Shown: positions 1 through 9,765 of the stretch, one piece after another
Numbering within the stretch: position 1 is the stretch's first letter
How the letters are laid out: the number at the start of each line of letters is the position of its first letter
From: Polyangia bacterium
GTDB lineage: Bacteria > Myxococcota_A > Polyangia > Fen-1088
NCBI GenBank assembly: GCA_036494575.1
Contig: DASXOE010000092.1
Location: 1,732 to 65,731 of the forward strand
Direction: 5' to 3'
Length of the DNA: 64,000 nucleotides
The notes under the pieces: model-generated
The model's input: only the letters and a program-made list of their open reading frames with translations
The model's database searches: none
What the model was told of the DNA's origin: nothing
Position numbers and translations under genes: made by a program

Positions 1-32
1 GCCAACCTGCAGGAGGCCGTTCGACGCCCGGC

Positions 33-869
33 TCACTCGCCGGCTCTCCAGAGCGGCTCGACTTCCTCGGACCCGCGCGCGGCCACCTGGCCTTCCCGCG
101 CCGGGTCGTGGGCGCCGGCCTCGAGGTCGGCCTGCGCCATGGCCTTGCGCCGCTCCTTGACGAGGTAGCGCTTGAGCAAGGAGATCGAGATCTCGGCGAT
201 GCACGGCAGCTCATGGCCGACGCGCCAGCCCGGGTTCCTGCGCTCGAAGTAGTTGATGATCGGGTTGTGCAGGCGCATCTCGGCGGTGATGGGCGCCACC
301 TCCTCGCGCAGGCGTTGAGACCCCTCGCCGAAGTCGAGGACGCCGCGCCGCTCGTCGTACTTTCCCGGGAACAGCTGCTCGGAGTAATCGCGCACGAGCA
401 GCTCCAACTTCGGATCGACGGCCCCATCGGGGCGCGGGTGATAGTTCACGAAGTTGTTCACGAGCAACATGTACGTCTTGTAGCCCTTCGAGATGAGCAG
501 CCAGTAGAGCGGCCGACCCCACGAGGTGAGCCACAGGTAGAGCAGGTGGCGCGTGAAGGCGTCCTTGAGCGCGCGATCGCCCCAGCAGGAAGGATCGAGG
601 ACCGTGTCGCCGCTGAAGACGCCGATGGCGCGCCGCCGGCCGTCCCCGAGCGGCACCTTCTTGATGGTCGTGAAGCCGCAGATCTCCTTGGTGCGCTTGT
701 CGCGCACGAGGATGGCGCCGTCCTTCTTGGACAGATCGCGCAGGAACGTGGGGACGTCGGCGTTCTCGTAGATCGTCGAGAACAGCTTGTGCATCCGCTC
801 GATGTCCTCCACCGAGATGGCTCGCAGCGGGCGGTACCGGGCCGTGAGCTTGCGCGCGGTCGTGGTCAT
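33..869 (-). CDS. conserved hypothetical protein (possibly an acyltransferase-fold enzyme; function not established)
   Basis: ORF 33..935. The preferred start is the ATG at 869 (MTTTARKL...), with GAGGAGGAG about 6 nt upstream on the coding strand. Amino-acid composition is balanced, unlike the Arg/Ala-biased overlapping + strand ORF. I can name no diagnostic motif with certainty. Confidence 0.6.
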   Translation of the reverse strand: MTTTARKLTARYRPLRAISVEDIERMHKLFSTIYENADVPTFLRDLSKKDGAILVRDKRTKEICGFTTIKKVPLGDGRRRAIGVFSGDTVLDPSCWGDRALKDAFTRHLLYLWLTSWGRPLYWLLISKGYKTYMLLVNNFVNYHPRPDGAVDPKLELLVRDYSEQLFPGKYDERRGVLDFGEGSQRLREEVAPITAEMRLHNPIINYFERRNPGWRVGHELPCIAEISISLLKRYLVKERRKAMAQADLEAGAHDPAREGQVAARGSEEVEPLWRAGE

Positions 870-987
870 CAAGTTCTCCTCCTCACGAAAGCGCCCACGA
901 AGCTGGCCACCAAGCGTGGCCACGAAGCTGGCCACGAAGAGTGGCTAGGAAGCGTGACTATACAGCTATTGACCACGATTTAATACG

Positions 988-2820
988 GTGCTAGACGGAA
1001 GGCGCGTGTCCGGTTCGGGGGCCATCGCGTCATTGGTGGACCTCCTCGAGGCGAGCCGCGCGCGCTTCGGCGCACGGCCGCTCTTCGCGACCAAGAAGGC
1101 CCAAGACGGAGCGGCCGCGCGCTGGCAGGAGACGACGTACGAGGGCTTCGGCGCGCTCGTCGATCGCCTGCGCGCTGGTCTGTCGACGCTCGGCGTCGGC
1201 GCGGGAGATCGCGTGGGGATCATCTCGGCCAACCGCGTCGAGTGGGCCGTAGCCGCCTACGCGACCTATGGCCTCGGCGCGGCCTTCGTGCCCATGTACG
1301 AGTCGCAGCTCGAGAAGGACTGGGCCCACATCGTGCGCGACTCGGGCATGAAGATCCTCTTCGTCTCGAGCCCCGCCGTGCGCGACAAGGTCGCGCCGCA
1401 CGTGGCCGCCATCTCGACGTTCGAGCAGCTCGTGCCGCTCTGGGACGAGGCCGCGGTCGCCACCTTCAATTCGCTCCTCGCGGCGCGGCCGCCCGTGCCC
1501 GCGGTGCACCCAGCCGGGAGCGACGTCGCGGCGCTGCTCTACACCTCGGGGACCACGGGGGAACCGAAGGGCGTGGTCCTCACGCACGGCAACATCGTCT
1601 CGAACGCCCTCACGCTGCGCGAGCTCATCCTCGCGACGGAGACGGCTGAGGACCACCGCTCGCTCTCCTTCTTGCCCTGGGCGCACGCCTTCGGCCACAC
1701 GGCCGAGCTGCACATGCTGCTCGCCTCGGGCGCCTCGATGGCCATCGCCGAGAGCGTCGAGAAGATCGCGGACGACATCAAGGATGTCAGGCCCACGGTG
1801 CTGTTCGCCGTGCCGCGCGTCTTCAACAAGATCTACGCGGGCGTGCAGCGGCTCATGGCGCTCGAGAGCGCCCCCATCCGCTGGCTGTTCCGGCGCGGCC
1901 TCGCCGCCGCTCGGAAGCGTACGCGGCGCCAAAGGCTCGGGCTCGGCGAGCGCCTCGTGCTCTTCCTGGCCGACGAGCTCATCTTCTCCAAGGTGCGCGC
2001 CCGCTTCGGCGGCCGCCTCAAGTTCGCCATCTCGGGCGCCGCCTCGCTCGCGCGGGAGGTGGCGGAGCTCATCGACGCCATCGGCATCGCCGTCTACGAA
2101 GGCTACGGCCTCACCGAGACGAGCCCCATCGTCGCGGCCAACGTGCCCGGACACCGCAAGATGGGCAGCGTGGGCCGCGTCCTCCCCGGCGTGCGCGTGG
2201 CGATCGACGGCGCGCTCACGGGCGATCCGGGGCAGGGCGAGATCGTCGTCTACGGCCCCAACGTCATGCGCGGCTACCACCGGCGCGACGACGAGACGCG
2301 CGCCGCCCTCACGTCGGACGGCGGCCTCAAGACCGGCGACATGGGCTACCTCGACGACGATGGCTACCTCTTCATCACGGGCCGCTTCAAGGAGCAGTAC
2401 AAGCTCGCGAACGGCAAGTACGTCGTCCCGTCGCTGCTCGAGGACAGGCTCAAGCTCTCGCCCCTCATCGCCAACGTCATGATCTACGGCGACAACAAGC
2501 CCTACAACGTCGCGCTCGTCGTTCCGAGCGGCGAGGGGCTGGGCGACGCGCGGGAACCGGGGCGGATCCGCAAGAAGCTCGAGGACGAGATCGCGCGGCT
2601 GTCGGAGGAGTTCAAGCGCTACGAGCGCGTGCGGGCGATCGTCGTCCTCGGCGAGGACTTCACGCAGGAGAGCGGGATGCTCACGCCGTCGCTGAAGTTA
2701 CGGCGCCACAATATTTTGCGACGGTGGCGGGGGGAGCTGGACGGGCTTTATGGGGCGGAGGAGTGCGGGATCGAGGCGGTGGCGAAGGGACGCGGTTCCG
2801 CGGCTCAGTCTCCTGACTGA
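988..2820 (+). CDS. long-chain fatty-acid--CoA ligase (ANL/AMP-binding superfamily, FadD-like)
   Basis: Contains LYTSGTTGEPKGVVLTH (AMP-binding P-loop), GYGLTETSP and TGDMGYLDDDGYLFITGRFKEQYKLANGKYV, the typical acyl-CoA synthetase motifs. GTG start at 988. Confidence 0.9.
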   Translation: MLDGRRVSGSGAIASLVDLLEASRARFGARPLFATKKAQDGAAARWQETTYEGFGALVDRLRAGLSTLGVGAGDRVGIISANRVEWAVAAYATYGLGAAFVPMYESQLEKDWAHIVRDSGMKILFVSSPAVRDKVAPHVAAISTFEQLVPLWDEAAVATFNSLLAARPPVPAVHPAGSDVAALLYTSGTTGEPKGVVLTHGNIVSNALTLRELILATETAEDHRSLSFLPWAHAFGHTAELHMLLASGASMAIAESVEKIADDIKDVRPTVLFAVPRVFNKIYAGVQRLMALESAPIRWLFRRGLAAARKRTRRQRLGLGERLVLFLADELIFSKVRARFGGRLKFAISGAASLAREVAELIDAIGIAVYEGYGLTETSPIVAANVPGHRKMGSVGRVLPGVRVAIDGALTGDPGQGEIVVYGPNVMRGYHRRDDETRAALTSDGGLKTGDMGYLDDDGYLFITGRFKEQYKLANGKYVVPSLLEDRLKLSPLIANVMIYGDNKPYNVALVVPSGEGLGDAREPGRIRKKLEDEIARLSEEFKRYERVRAIVVLGEDFTQESGMLTPSLKLRRHNILRRWRGELDGLYGAEECGIEAVAKGRGSAAQSPD

Positions 2821-3073
2821 GCCCGCATAGCGAATCCGTCAAAGAGCTAAATGAAACTCGACAGTTGAGGTGCGATGTCGCCCCCCGCTGGCGGCTCCGC
2901 TTCCGGGGCTGTGAGGGGAATGATTCCGTCAATGGCGATTTGGCGCCCGCGTGACATAAGGTCTTGAGGCATCATCCCTCACCGCTCTGCGCCGACCTGT
3001 TCTTTCTCATCGGCTCGGTACAAAGGCTCGAAGAGACCGGTCTGGGTTCAACCTGTAGACTGCGAAGCACTCT

Positions 3074-4279
3074 ATGTTCCTGACAAATCCCGCACCTTCG
3101 ACGTTCATCCATCGCGTTCAGGTGAAGAACTATCGCAGCATCGCAGCGTGCGATGTACAGCTCGGTGCGCTCACGTTCCTCGTCGGACAAAACGGTTCTG
3201 GGAAGAGCAACTTCCTAGATGCGCTTCGATTGACGGCAGATGCGCTCGTTCAGACGCTTGATCACGCGCTTCGAGACAGGGGAGGCATTGCAGAAGTTCG
3301 CCGCCGGTCAGGAGGACATCCGACCCATTTCGGGATTCGCCTCGACTTCTCGTTGCCGGACGGCCAAGCGGGTCACTACGCTTTTGAAGTAGGTGCCCGG
3401 CAAGGCGGCTCGTTTGTGGTCCGGGTGGAGGAGTGCGGGGTTGGGTCGCACTCGTATCGTGTGGAGGACGGCAATGTCGTTCGCTCATCGATGGCGACGC
3501 TTCCTGCGGCCAGTGAAGACCGCCTGTATCTCGTTACAGCTTCCGGTATCGCCGAGTTCCGAGCGGTGTACGACGCCCTATCGATGATGGGTTTCTACAG
3601 CTTGAACCCCGCAGCGGTACGCGCTCTTCAGACACCAGATCGTGGCGAGATCTTGAAACGAGACGGTGCAAACTTGGCCAGCGTTGTTGAGAGGATTGCT
3701 CACGCAAACGGAGGAGCTCTCCAGCAGAGAATTGAGGAATATCTCGCTCAGGTTGTGCCAGGGATCGAGGGAGTGGAGACCAAGAAATTTGGGCACATGG
3801 AGACGATCGAATTTCGCCAGCGCGTACAGGGAGCCGACAAGCCGTGGCGATTCCCTGCCATCAATATGTCTGATGGCACTCTGCGCGCTCTGGGCATATT
3901 GGTGGCGCTTTTTCAAAAGCCGGAACGCGGCAGGATTCCTCTGGTCGGGATCGAGGAACCGGAAGCGGCCCTTCACCCAGCCGCCGCAGGAGTCTTGCGG
4001 GATTGCCTCCGCGAGGCTAGCCGAAATACGCAGGTTATTGTGACGAGCCACAGCCCCGACCTCCTCGACGATCGCGACTTACCCGAAGATTTCCTCCTGG
4101 CTGTCGTTTCCGAGTTGGGTACAACGCACATCGGTCGGGTTGACGAGGTAACTCGATCCGCGTTACGCGAACACCTCTTCACGGCCGGAGAGTTGCTCCG
4201 TTCGGATCAGTTGCGGCCCGGCGATACGGCCAGGCGCACACCTGAACAGCTCCGTCTCTTCGATGGTTCGGCGCCTTGA
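3074..4279 (+). CDS. ABC/SMC/OLD-type ATPase (AAA_15/AAA_21-like)
   Basis: Walker A GQNGSGKSN near the N-terminus, Walker-B-like LVGIEEPEAALHP, and H-loop-like VIVTSHSPDLL. ATG start at 3074. The gene is visibly more A/T-rich than flanking genes. Confidence 0.85.
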   Translation: MFLTNPAPSTFIHRVQVKNYRSIAACDVQLGALTFLVGQNGSGKSNFLDALRLTADALVQTLDHALRDRGGIAEVRRRSGGHPTHFGIRLDFSLPDGQAGHYAFEVGARQGGSFVVRVEECGVGSHSYRVEDGNVVRSSMATLPAASEDRLYLVTASGIAEFRAVYDALSMMGFYSLNPAAVRALQTPDRGEILKRDGANLASVVERIAHANGGALQQRIEEYLAQVVPGIEGVETKKFGHMETIEFRQRVQGADKPWRFPAINMSDGTLRALGILVALFQKPERGRIPLVGIEEPEAALHPAAAGVLRDCLREASRNTQVIVTSHSPDLLDDRDLPEDFLLAVVSELGTTHIGRVDEVTRSALREHLFTAGELLRSDQLRPGDTARRTPEQLRLFDGSAP

Positions 4280-4842
4280 GACTGGGCTCAATCGTGGAAG
4301 GACATGGAGAGGTCCGAGCACTCCCAGTACTTCTCCGTCGTCTGTTGCCGGCGACTATAGAACTGCTTCCTCCCTTTCGTGTTCCGCGTATGCGCATCGT
4401 TAAGGACGGCGAACTCGAACGCACCGTCGAATTGGTGGCACGACAGGTTGGGCCCGGCGGCGCGATCCTCATCTTGCTCGACGCAGACGACGACTGCCCG
4501 GCGACGCTGGGCCCTCAATTGCGAGCACGAGCGCTCGCTCATCGATCTGATCGCCTTGTGTTCGTCGTGCTGGCCAAGCGAGAGTTTGAATCATGGTTTA
4601 TAGCGGCGGCTGAATCTCTCGCCGGAAAAAGAACCCTTAACACTGTCTTGCCATGGGTGCCCGAGCCCGAGAATATCCACGGGGCAAAGGAGTGGTTAGG
4701 GGTGAATATGGCGCCCGAGCGAGGCTACTCAGAGACGTTGGATCAGCCTGCGTTTGCCGCGGAAATGGACATCGAGATGGCCGCGCGAGCACCATCCTTT
4801 GCAAAGCTACTGAAGGATCTGAAAGGGTTGACCCCTGACTGA
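4276..4842 (+). CDS. DUF4276-like protein with TOPRIM-type acidic motifs
   Basis: The TTG start overlaps the ATPase stop (TTGA at 4276-4279). Has N-terminal IVEGHGEVRALP and central ILILLDADDDCP (TOPRIM-like Glu and DxD), then VLAKREFESWF. This pattern is as I remember the DUF4276 family that pairs with AAA_21-type ATPases. Confidence 0.7.
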   Translation: MRLGSIVEGHGEVRALPVLLRRLLPATIELLPPFRVPRMRIVKDGELERTVELVARQVGPGGAILILLDADDDCPATLGPQLRARALAHRSDRLVFVVLAKREFESWFIAAAESLAGKRTLNTVLPWVPEPENIHGAKEWLGVNMAPERGYSETLDQPAFAAEMDIEMAARAPSFAKLLKDLKGLTPD

Positions 4843-5706
4843 CTCTGTGGGAAGAGGCGCCGATCGAAAGGTTGTTCTTCTTTGCGTGTGCCCCGCGCGG
4901 TCGTTCAAAGAGGCGCCGAGGGCATCGGCGATCTTCATGACGGTGGACAGCTTGATGTCGGCTTTCCGTCGTGAGCGAGGCCTTGCAGATGCGCTTGAGC
5001 TTTTTCGGAGCGTCGCTGTACCAGAGGCTGCCCGATTCGTCGAAGGCGAAGCCGGCCGTGCCCGTCGAGACGTTGTCGACGAGCGCGTCGGTGAGATCGG
5101 CCGTGGTCATTTCTTGGGCCGGCGTGAAGTCACGAGCTCGTCGAGGAAGCCCACCCAGAGGTTCACGGCCTGGTCGAACGCGACGCCATTCGGGTGGTCG
5201 TAGGTCGAGGCGACGGGGCGCCTGCGGGCGTCTTCGGGCCGAGGATGACGTCGGGAGGCGCCATCGTCGACGCGCGGAGGTGCGCGGGCGTTTGAAACGC
5301 ACGGCCTTGCCCGGCGAGCGCCACTGCGGCGCGCACGCTCCAAGACGTGTTGCTCCTGTATCCTCTCGAGCAGCCCTTCGATCAATGGCGTTCTCGCCGC
5401 GTCGTCGATCGCAAAAAAACGTCGACGTTGCATGACGACGCGCCGTGATGCACAGGTCCGTATCTTCATCGCGTAGCCGAGATACGGTCGCTGGGTATCT
5501 CGCGCTCAATGGGGTACGGAATGCCCCGCCAATCTCGCGACGGTCTCGCGCTTGCACAAGGCGCCGCGTTGAAAGACCCAGCGCAAAGCCTATCGTTCGA
5601 AACTGTGTGCTGGTCGACGGTGAGCAAAACCTTTGACGGATATGTCGAGAGCGCGCACTAACCGGTTGAATCGCACGTCGGTACTTTTGCGGCGAGGACA
5701 AGGGAC

Positions 5707-6780
5707 ATGAGGAGTCGTGTTGTTGCAGCAGTTGTTGGAATCGGGTTCGCGTGCGTCACGATGCCGGCGCATGCGCGACATGCCGCTTGGACGCGCGTCG
5801 AGAGCCCGGCGTGCACGGCGGCGCACCGGCAGGCGCTCGAGCGCGTTCAAGAGGCACGCCTTCAGGAGGCGCACGAGCTGTTTGCCACCTGCGCGCGCGC
5901 GGCCTGCAGCGAGCTGACGCGCCGCGAGTGCACGGCCCGGCGCACGCGGCTCGAGTCCGACATCCCGTCGGTGGTCCCGCTCGTGACCGACGGCGCGGGC
6001 CAGCCCCGCGTCCTCGTGGAGATGCGCATCGACGGCCGCCTCGTGACGGCGCGCCTCGACGGAAGAGCGGTCCCGATCGATCCGGGCAAGCACCAGGTCT
6101 CGTTCAGCAACGACGACGGCGTGTTCGCGACGCGAACCATCGTGATCGTGCAGGGCGAGCGAAACCGCCCGATCCGCGTCGTCCTCCGGGCCTTGAAAGC
6201 GGACGGCCTGCCGACTGAGGCCCGCGCCACCGAGACGCCGCCAGTCGACGAATCGTCGAGCAGCGCTGAATCGTCGAGCAAGGCTGCTAAGGAGACAGCG
6301 GCGCCCGACGACGACGCCGCTACCAGCGCGCCATCGGTGGCGCGTCAGCACGCGCTCGACGAGTCCCCCGCCGCTTCGACGACGCGCGTGGTCTATCGAG
6401 AAGGCTCGCGCTCGCCGTTTGCGTACATCCTCGGCGGGCTCGGGGTGGCGGGAGTGGGCGGGTACGTCCTGCTCAGCACCTGGGGAAGGAAGGACAACGA
6501 CCTCATCGCTTCGCACTGCGGGATGACCCAAGACTGCCTGCCCGCGAGCATGGCGCACATACGCAAGCTCTATCTCGAGGCCGACATCTCGGGAGCCGCG
6601 GGAGCAGTCGCCCTCGCCGCAGCGACCTGGCTCTTCTTGAGGAAGCCAGTCGTGGAGGAGAGGCCCGCGGACAACGGTGTCTCGCTCCGATCGAAGTCGA
6701 AGCGACGAGTGTCGATCCAGACGCTCGATGTCCGGGCCAGCGCGTCTGGCGCCGCGGCAATGGTCGGAGGCACCTTTTGA
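5707..6780 (+). CDS. secreted/membrane-anchored hypothetical protein
   Basis: ATG at 5707. Signal-like N-terminus (VVAAVVGIGFACVTMPAHA), an acidic Ser/Ala-rich linker, and a predicted TM segment FAYILGGLGVAGVGGYVLL. Its stop overlaps the next start (TTGA at 6777-6780). Confidence 0.7.
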   Translation: MRSRVVAAVVGIGFACVTMPAHARHAAWTRVESPACTAAHRQALERVQEARLQEAHELFATCARAACSELTRRECTARRTRLESDIPSVVPLVTDGAGQPRVLVEMRIDGRLVTARLDGRAVPIDPGKHQVSFSNDDGVFATRTIVIVQGERNRPIRVVLRALKADGLPTEARATETPPVDESSSSAESSSKAAKETAAPDDDAATSAPSVARQHALDESPAASTTRVVYREGSRSPFAYILGGLGVAGVGGYVLLSTWGRKDNDLIASHCGMTQDCLPASMAHIRKLYLEADISGAAGAVALAAATWLFLRKPVVEERPADNGVSLRSKSKRRVSIQTLDVRASASGAAAMVGGTF

Positions 6781-7991
6781 GGCGCCGGGCGGCACTGTGT
6801 TCGTGCGTCGGGCCTGCGCTGCTCGCGCTCTCCGCGATCGGCTGCGCTCAACCCTTGGACTCCACGGCGACGCAGAGATCGGCGAGCACGGCCGACGGAG
6901 GGTCGGGAGCTTGCCCGCACCTCGACTATGGGAACGTGCCCAACCAAGGGCCCCAGGCGGGGATTCCCGCGCAGACCGTGACTCCTGGGATTCTGCTCCC
7001 TGGCGGGAGCCTCGCCTGCGATCCGACCACCAACGATCCGTGCGTCCAGACCGGCCTTCAAGCGATGGCCATCCTCGAGCAAGACTGCAGCAATTGCCAC
7101 GGCGAACAGGCTGGCGTCGCGAGTGGAGCTCCCCAGTGGAATTTTGTGCTGAACATAGACGAGATGGAGACGAGCACGATCGACACGGCTATCAACCCAG
7201 ACACGAACCAGCCCTGGAGGTTTCTGATCGCGGGCGACCCCGACAATTCGAGGATCTACGCCCGCATCGCGGCGGGCGCCATGCCGCCAGGCGATCAAAA
7301 TGGCGAGGCTCCCAAGCCGCGGCCGACGCTGAGCGACGTGTCGGTGCTTCGCCAATGGATCTCGAGCTGCCTCGGCGGGGGCACCGGTGGGCGGGCGGTC
7401 GGCACAGGCGGTCCCGACGCGATGGACGCCGGTGGTGAGGATGCGAAGGGCTCGGCGGCTGGAGCGGCGGGTGGACGAGCCGCGCCGGATGCCAATGTCC
7501 CTGGCGGCGGGGGGGCTGGCGGCTCGGGCGGATCCGGCGTCGTCGTCGACGGAGGTGCGCGCGACGCTGGCGCGGAGGCGCCCCTGTCGCAGCCTTACGG
7601 CGCGGCCAATTGGAGGCCAACGGCGTCGATCTCGGCGGCCGGCACCGCGCCACTGAACGCCTTCGACGGGTTGATCGCGACGCGTTGGACCACGGGCCAG
7701 AATCAAATGGGAAGTGAATCGTTCCTCGTCGACATGGGCGCCATTCTTCCGATCGCGCGGGTCGTTCTAGACGACACGATGGATCCTCAGGACTTCCCCG
7801 TGGCGTATACGCTCGAGGTCTCGACCAACAACAGGACCTTCAGAGTGGTCGCGATGGGCGCGGGCTCAACGGTGACCGACATCAGCTTTGCCCAGCTCGC
7901 GGCCCGCTACATTCGGATTAGTCAAACCGGTATGACACCCAGTCCGTCGGGCGGTTGGTGGTCCATCGACGAGCTCCGAATCTACCCCTGA
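6777..7991 (+). CDS. lipoprotein with PSCyt1-like CxxCH domain and C-terminal F5/8 type C (discoidin) domain
   Basis: Lipobox LSAIGC. CSNCHGEQ ... AGAMPP ... LRQWISSCL resembles the planctomycete-type cytochrome c domain. C-terminal NAFDGLIATRWTT ... ARYIRISQ ... WWSIDELRIYP is discoidin-like. Confidence 0.75.
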   Translation: MRRRAALCSCVGPALLALSAIGCAQPLDSTATQRSASTADGGSGACPHLDYGNVPNQGPQAGIPAQTVTPGILLPGGSLACDPTTNDPCVQTGLQAMAILEQDCSNCHGEQAGVASGAPQWNFVLNIDEMETSTIDTAINPDTNQPWRFLIAGDPDNSRIYARIAAGAMPPGDQNGEAPKPRPTLSDVSVLRQWISSCLGGGTGGRAVGTGGPDAMDAGGEDAKGSAAGAAGGRAAPDANVPGGGGAGGSGGSGVVVDGGARDAGAEAPLSQPYGAANWRPTASISAAGTAPLNAFDGLIATRWTTGQNQMGSESFLVDMGAILPIARVVLDDTMDPQDFPVAYTLEVSTNNRTFRVVAMGAGSTVTDISFAQLAARYIRISQTGMTPSPSGGWWSIDELRIYP

Positions 7992-7998
7992 GCATCGC

Positions 7999-9765
7999 GT
8001 GGCGAAGACGACTGCACACGCACGAGCGCACCTCTGCAGCCGCTGGAGCTGGGCGTTGAGCTACACGCTCTGCATCATGACCGTCGCGTCGTGCAAGGAT
8101 CCGACCAAGATCAATGTCGCTTCGACGAATCAACCTGACCCCGCGGGCGCCGAGCTCGAGGACTGCCCCGCGAGCGCCAATTGGCTGCCTACGACTCCTC
8201 AACTGATGCTTTTCAAGCCGAACGCGCACCCCGTCACGGAGTGCGCTTTCTATCGGGGTGGCTGGCAGAACTTCTTGATCGCGCTGCAGCCCGACGCCAA
8301 CGGGCAGCCGGCCCTGCTGTCGTATCCGACGATCGACGAGGTCTTCGACAGCTCTTTGCCGCCCGTCGCCAAGCGATCTTATCTCGGCGACATCAAGCAA
8401 GCGGGCGGCCGCCAGGTCCTCATCGACCAGAACGGCAACGCCGTCTATTACGGCATCCAGGTGAGCCAGTCATATGTCGACTTCATCGCGCAGAATGATC
8501 TGCGAACGCTCGACAAGGTCGTCAACGTCGGAACCGATAAACCGCGGCTCTTCTTCCCCGCCGGCATCGTGGAGTTCAAGGACGCTTGGCAGGTTTACGA
8601 CAAGAACAATCCCCCTGCGGACATAGACACCTTCGTCACCGCGGACACCACGATTCCGACGCTCTCCGTGGATCCGAGCACGGGACTGCTCGTCGAAGAC
8701 AGAAGCAAACCGATTCCCGCCTCCGTCAGGCTGCTTGCCATCCATGTCGTGTACACGTACCCGGGGCATCCGGCGTTCATTTGGGCCAGCTTCGAGCACA
8801 CCGGCGTGCCTGACGGTCAATCGGATACGGCGGCTACGGACAACTGGCGAGATCTGGCGCCCATTCGTCAGGACGACAAGATCCCTGATCTTCTCAACGA
8901 CCCGTCGGAACGAAAGGACTCGACCGTTATCAATGCAGATGGTGTCCATGGAGCCCCGGCCCACGCCTTCGTTCTCTATCACGCGGGCGTGACGGCGCAG
9001 GACGCCAATAGCCCACCGCAGGAAGCCGTGCTCGCGAAGCACTTCAACGCCGCGACGCAAAACTTCGGGGCCGATCAGGCAACCTCCATTTTTCGGTTGT
9101 TTCCCGCCTCGAAATCGAACGACCCGCAGCCGGACGGCGCGATTACGTCCTTGAACAGCAACGTCCAGCACATATTCGCGGCCGCCAAAGCCTCCCTTGC
9201 CCCCACCGACCGGCGCGGTCACTATCGACTGGTCGGTGCGCAATGGATGGACAAGCCGGAGTTTTTCGGCCTGGGCGAGACGCTCGAGAACGACGCGACC
9301 AGCCCGCTCTTCCAAGATCCGACGTCCGACATATACAAGGCGGCCGACGCGATGGTTGGCCAATCCGCGGAACGGCAGGCTGCGTTTGATGCAGCGAAGG
9401 CGGCGGGCCAAGATCCGCTCGGCGTTGCCAAAACCGACGTAGGCGCGAACGGGTCAGACAGCGTCTTTTCGATACTCGCGGGCGAGGATCGAATGTCGAG
9501 CGCCGCGATGGAATCGTTCACCCAGGACACCGGCGCGTTCCCGAATTGTTTCTCTTGTCACAACACACAGGATGTCGTCGCGAAGGGCGTCCCTTACGCG
9601 CATGACACGAGCCAAAAGATCATCTTGAAGAAGTCGCTCTTGAACGTGAGCCACATTTTCTCGCAGTTCGTGCTCGACGAGTGTCCGGACTCCGCGCCAG
9701 CGGTCTCAATGTCGTGTCCGCAGTGTCAGGACACGCCGCGCCCGAAGCAGTGCACCTTGCCGTAG
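7999..9765 (+). CDS. secreted hypothetical lipoprotein with C-terminal CxxCH motif
   Basis: GTG start at 7999 (the exact start is uncertain). Lipobox-like IMTVASC. Normal protein-like composition over 588 aa. FPNCFSCHNTQD near the C-terminus. Confidence 0.7.
   Translation: MAKTTAHARAHLCSRWSWALSYTLCIMTVASCKDPTKINVASTNQPDPAGAELEDCPASANWLPTTPQLMLFKPNAHPVTECAFYRGGWQNFLIALQPDANGQPALLSYPTIDEVFDSSLPPVAKRSYLGDIKQAGGRQVLIDQNGNAVYYGIQVSQSYVDFIAQNDLRTLDKVVNVGTDKPRLFFPAGIVEFKDAWQVYDKNNPPADIDTFVTADTTIPTLSVDPSTGLLVEDRSKPIPASVRLLAIHVVYTYPGHPAFIWASFEHTGVPDGQSDTAATDNWRDLAPIRQDDKIPDLLNDPSERKDSTVINADGVHGAPAHAFVLYHAGVTAQDANSPPQEAVLAKHFNAATQNFGADQATSIFRLFPASKSNDPQPDGAITSLNSNVQHIFAAAKASLAPTDRRGHYRLVGAQWMDKPEFFGLGETLENDATSPLFQDPTSDIYKAADAMVGQSAERQAAFDAAKAAGQDPLGVAKTDVGANGSDSVFSILAGEDRMSSAAMESFTQDTGAFPNCFSCHNTQDVVAKGVPYAHDTSQKIILKKSLLNVSHIFSQFVLDECPDSAPAVSMSCPQCQDTPRPKQCTLP

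Noticed and set aside
2835-5640. 10-bp inverted repeat TCCGTCAAAG (2835-2844) / CTTTGACGGA (5631-5640) flanking the lower-GC ATPase/TOPRIM islet, considered as possible terminal inverted repeats or att remnants.
   Set aside because: The match does not extend beyond 10 bp. A match of this length between two ~250-bp windows in either orientation is not rare enough by rough estimate (order 0.1 expected) to count as evidence. No transposase or integrase is present.
4637-5701. 354-aa minus-strand ORF spanning the islet's right-hand non-coding stretch and running into the DUF4276 gene.
   Set aside because: It is strongly Arg/Pro/Ser-biased and overlaps the well-supported DUF4276-like CDS antisense. 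Only short internal pieces look protein-like, and they switch frame (see the decayed-fragment finding).
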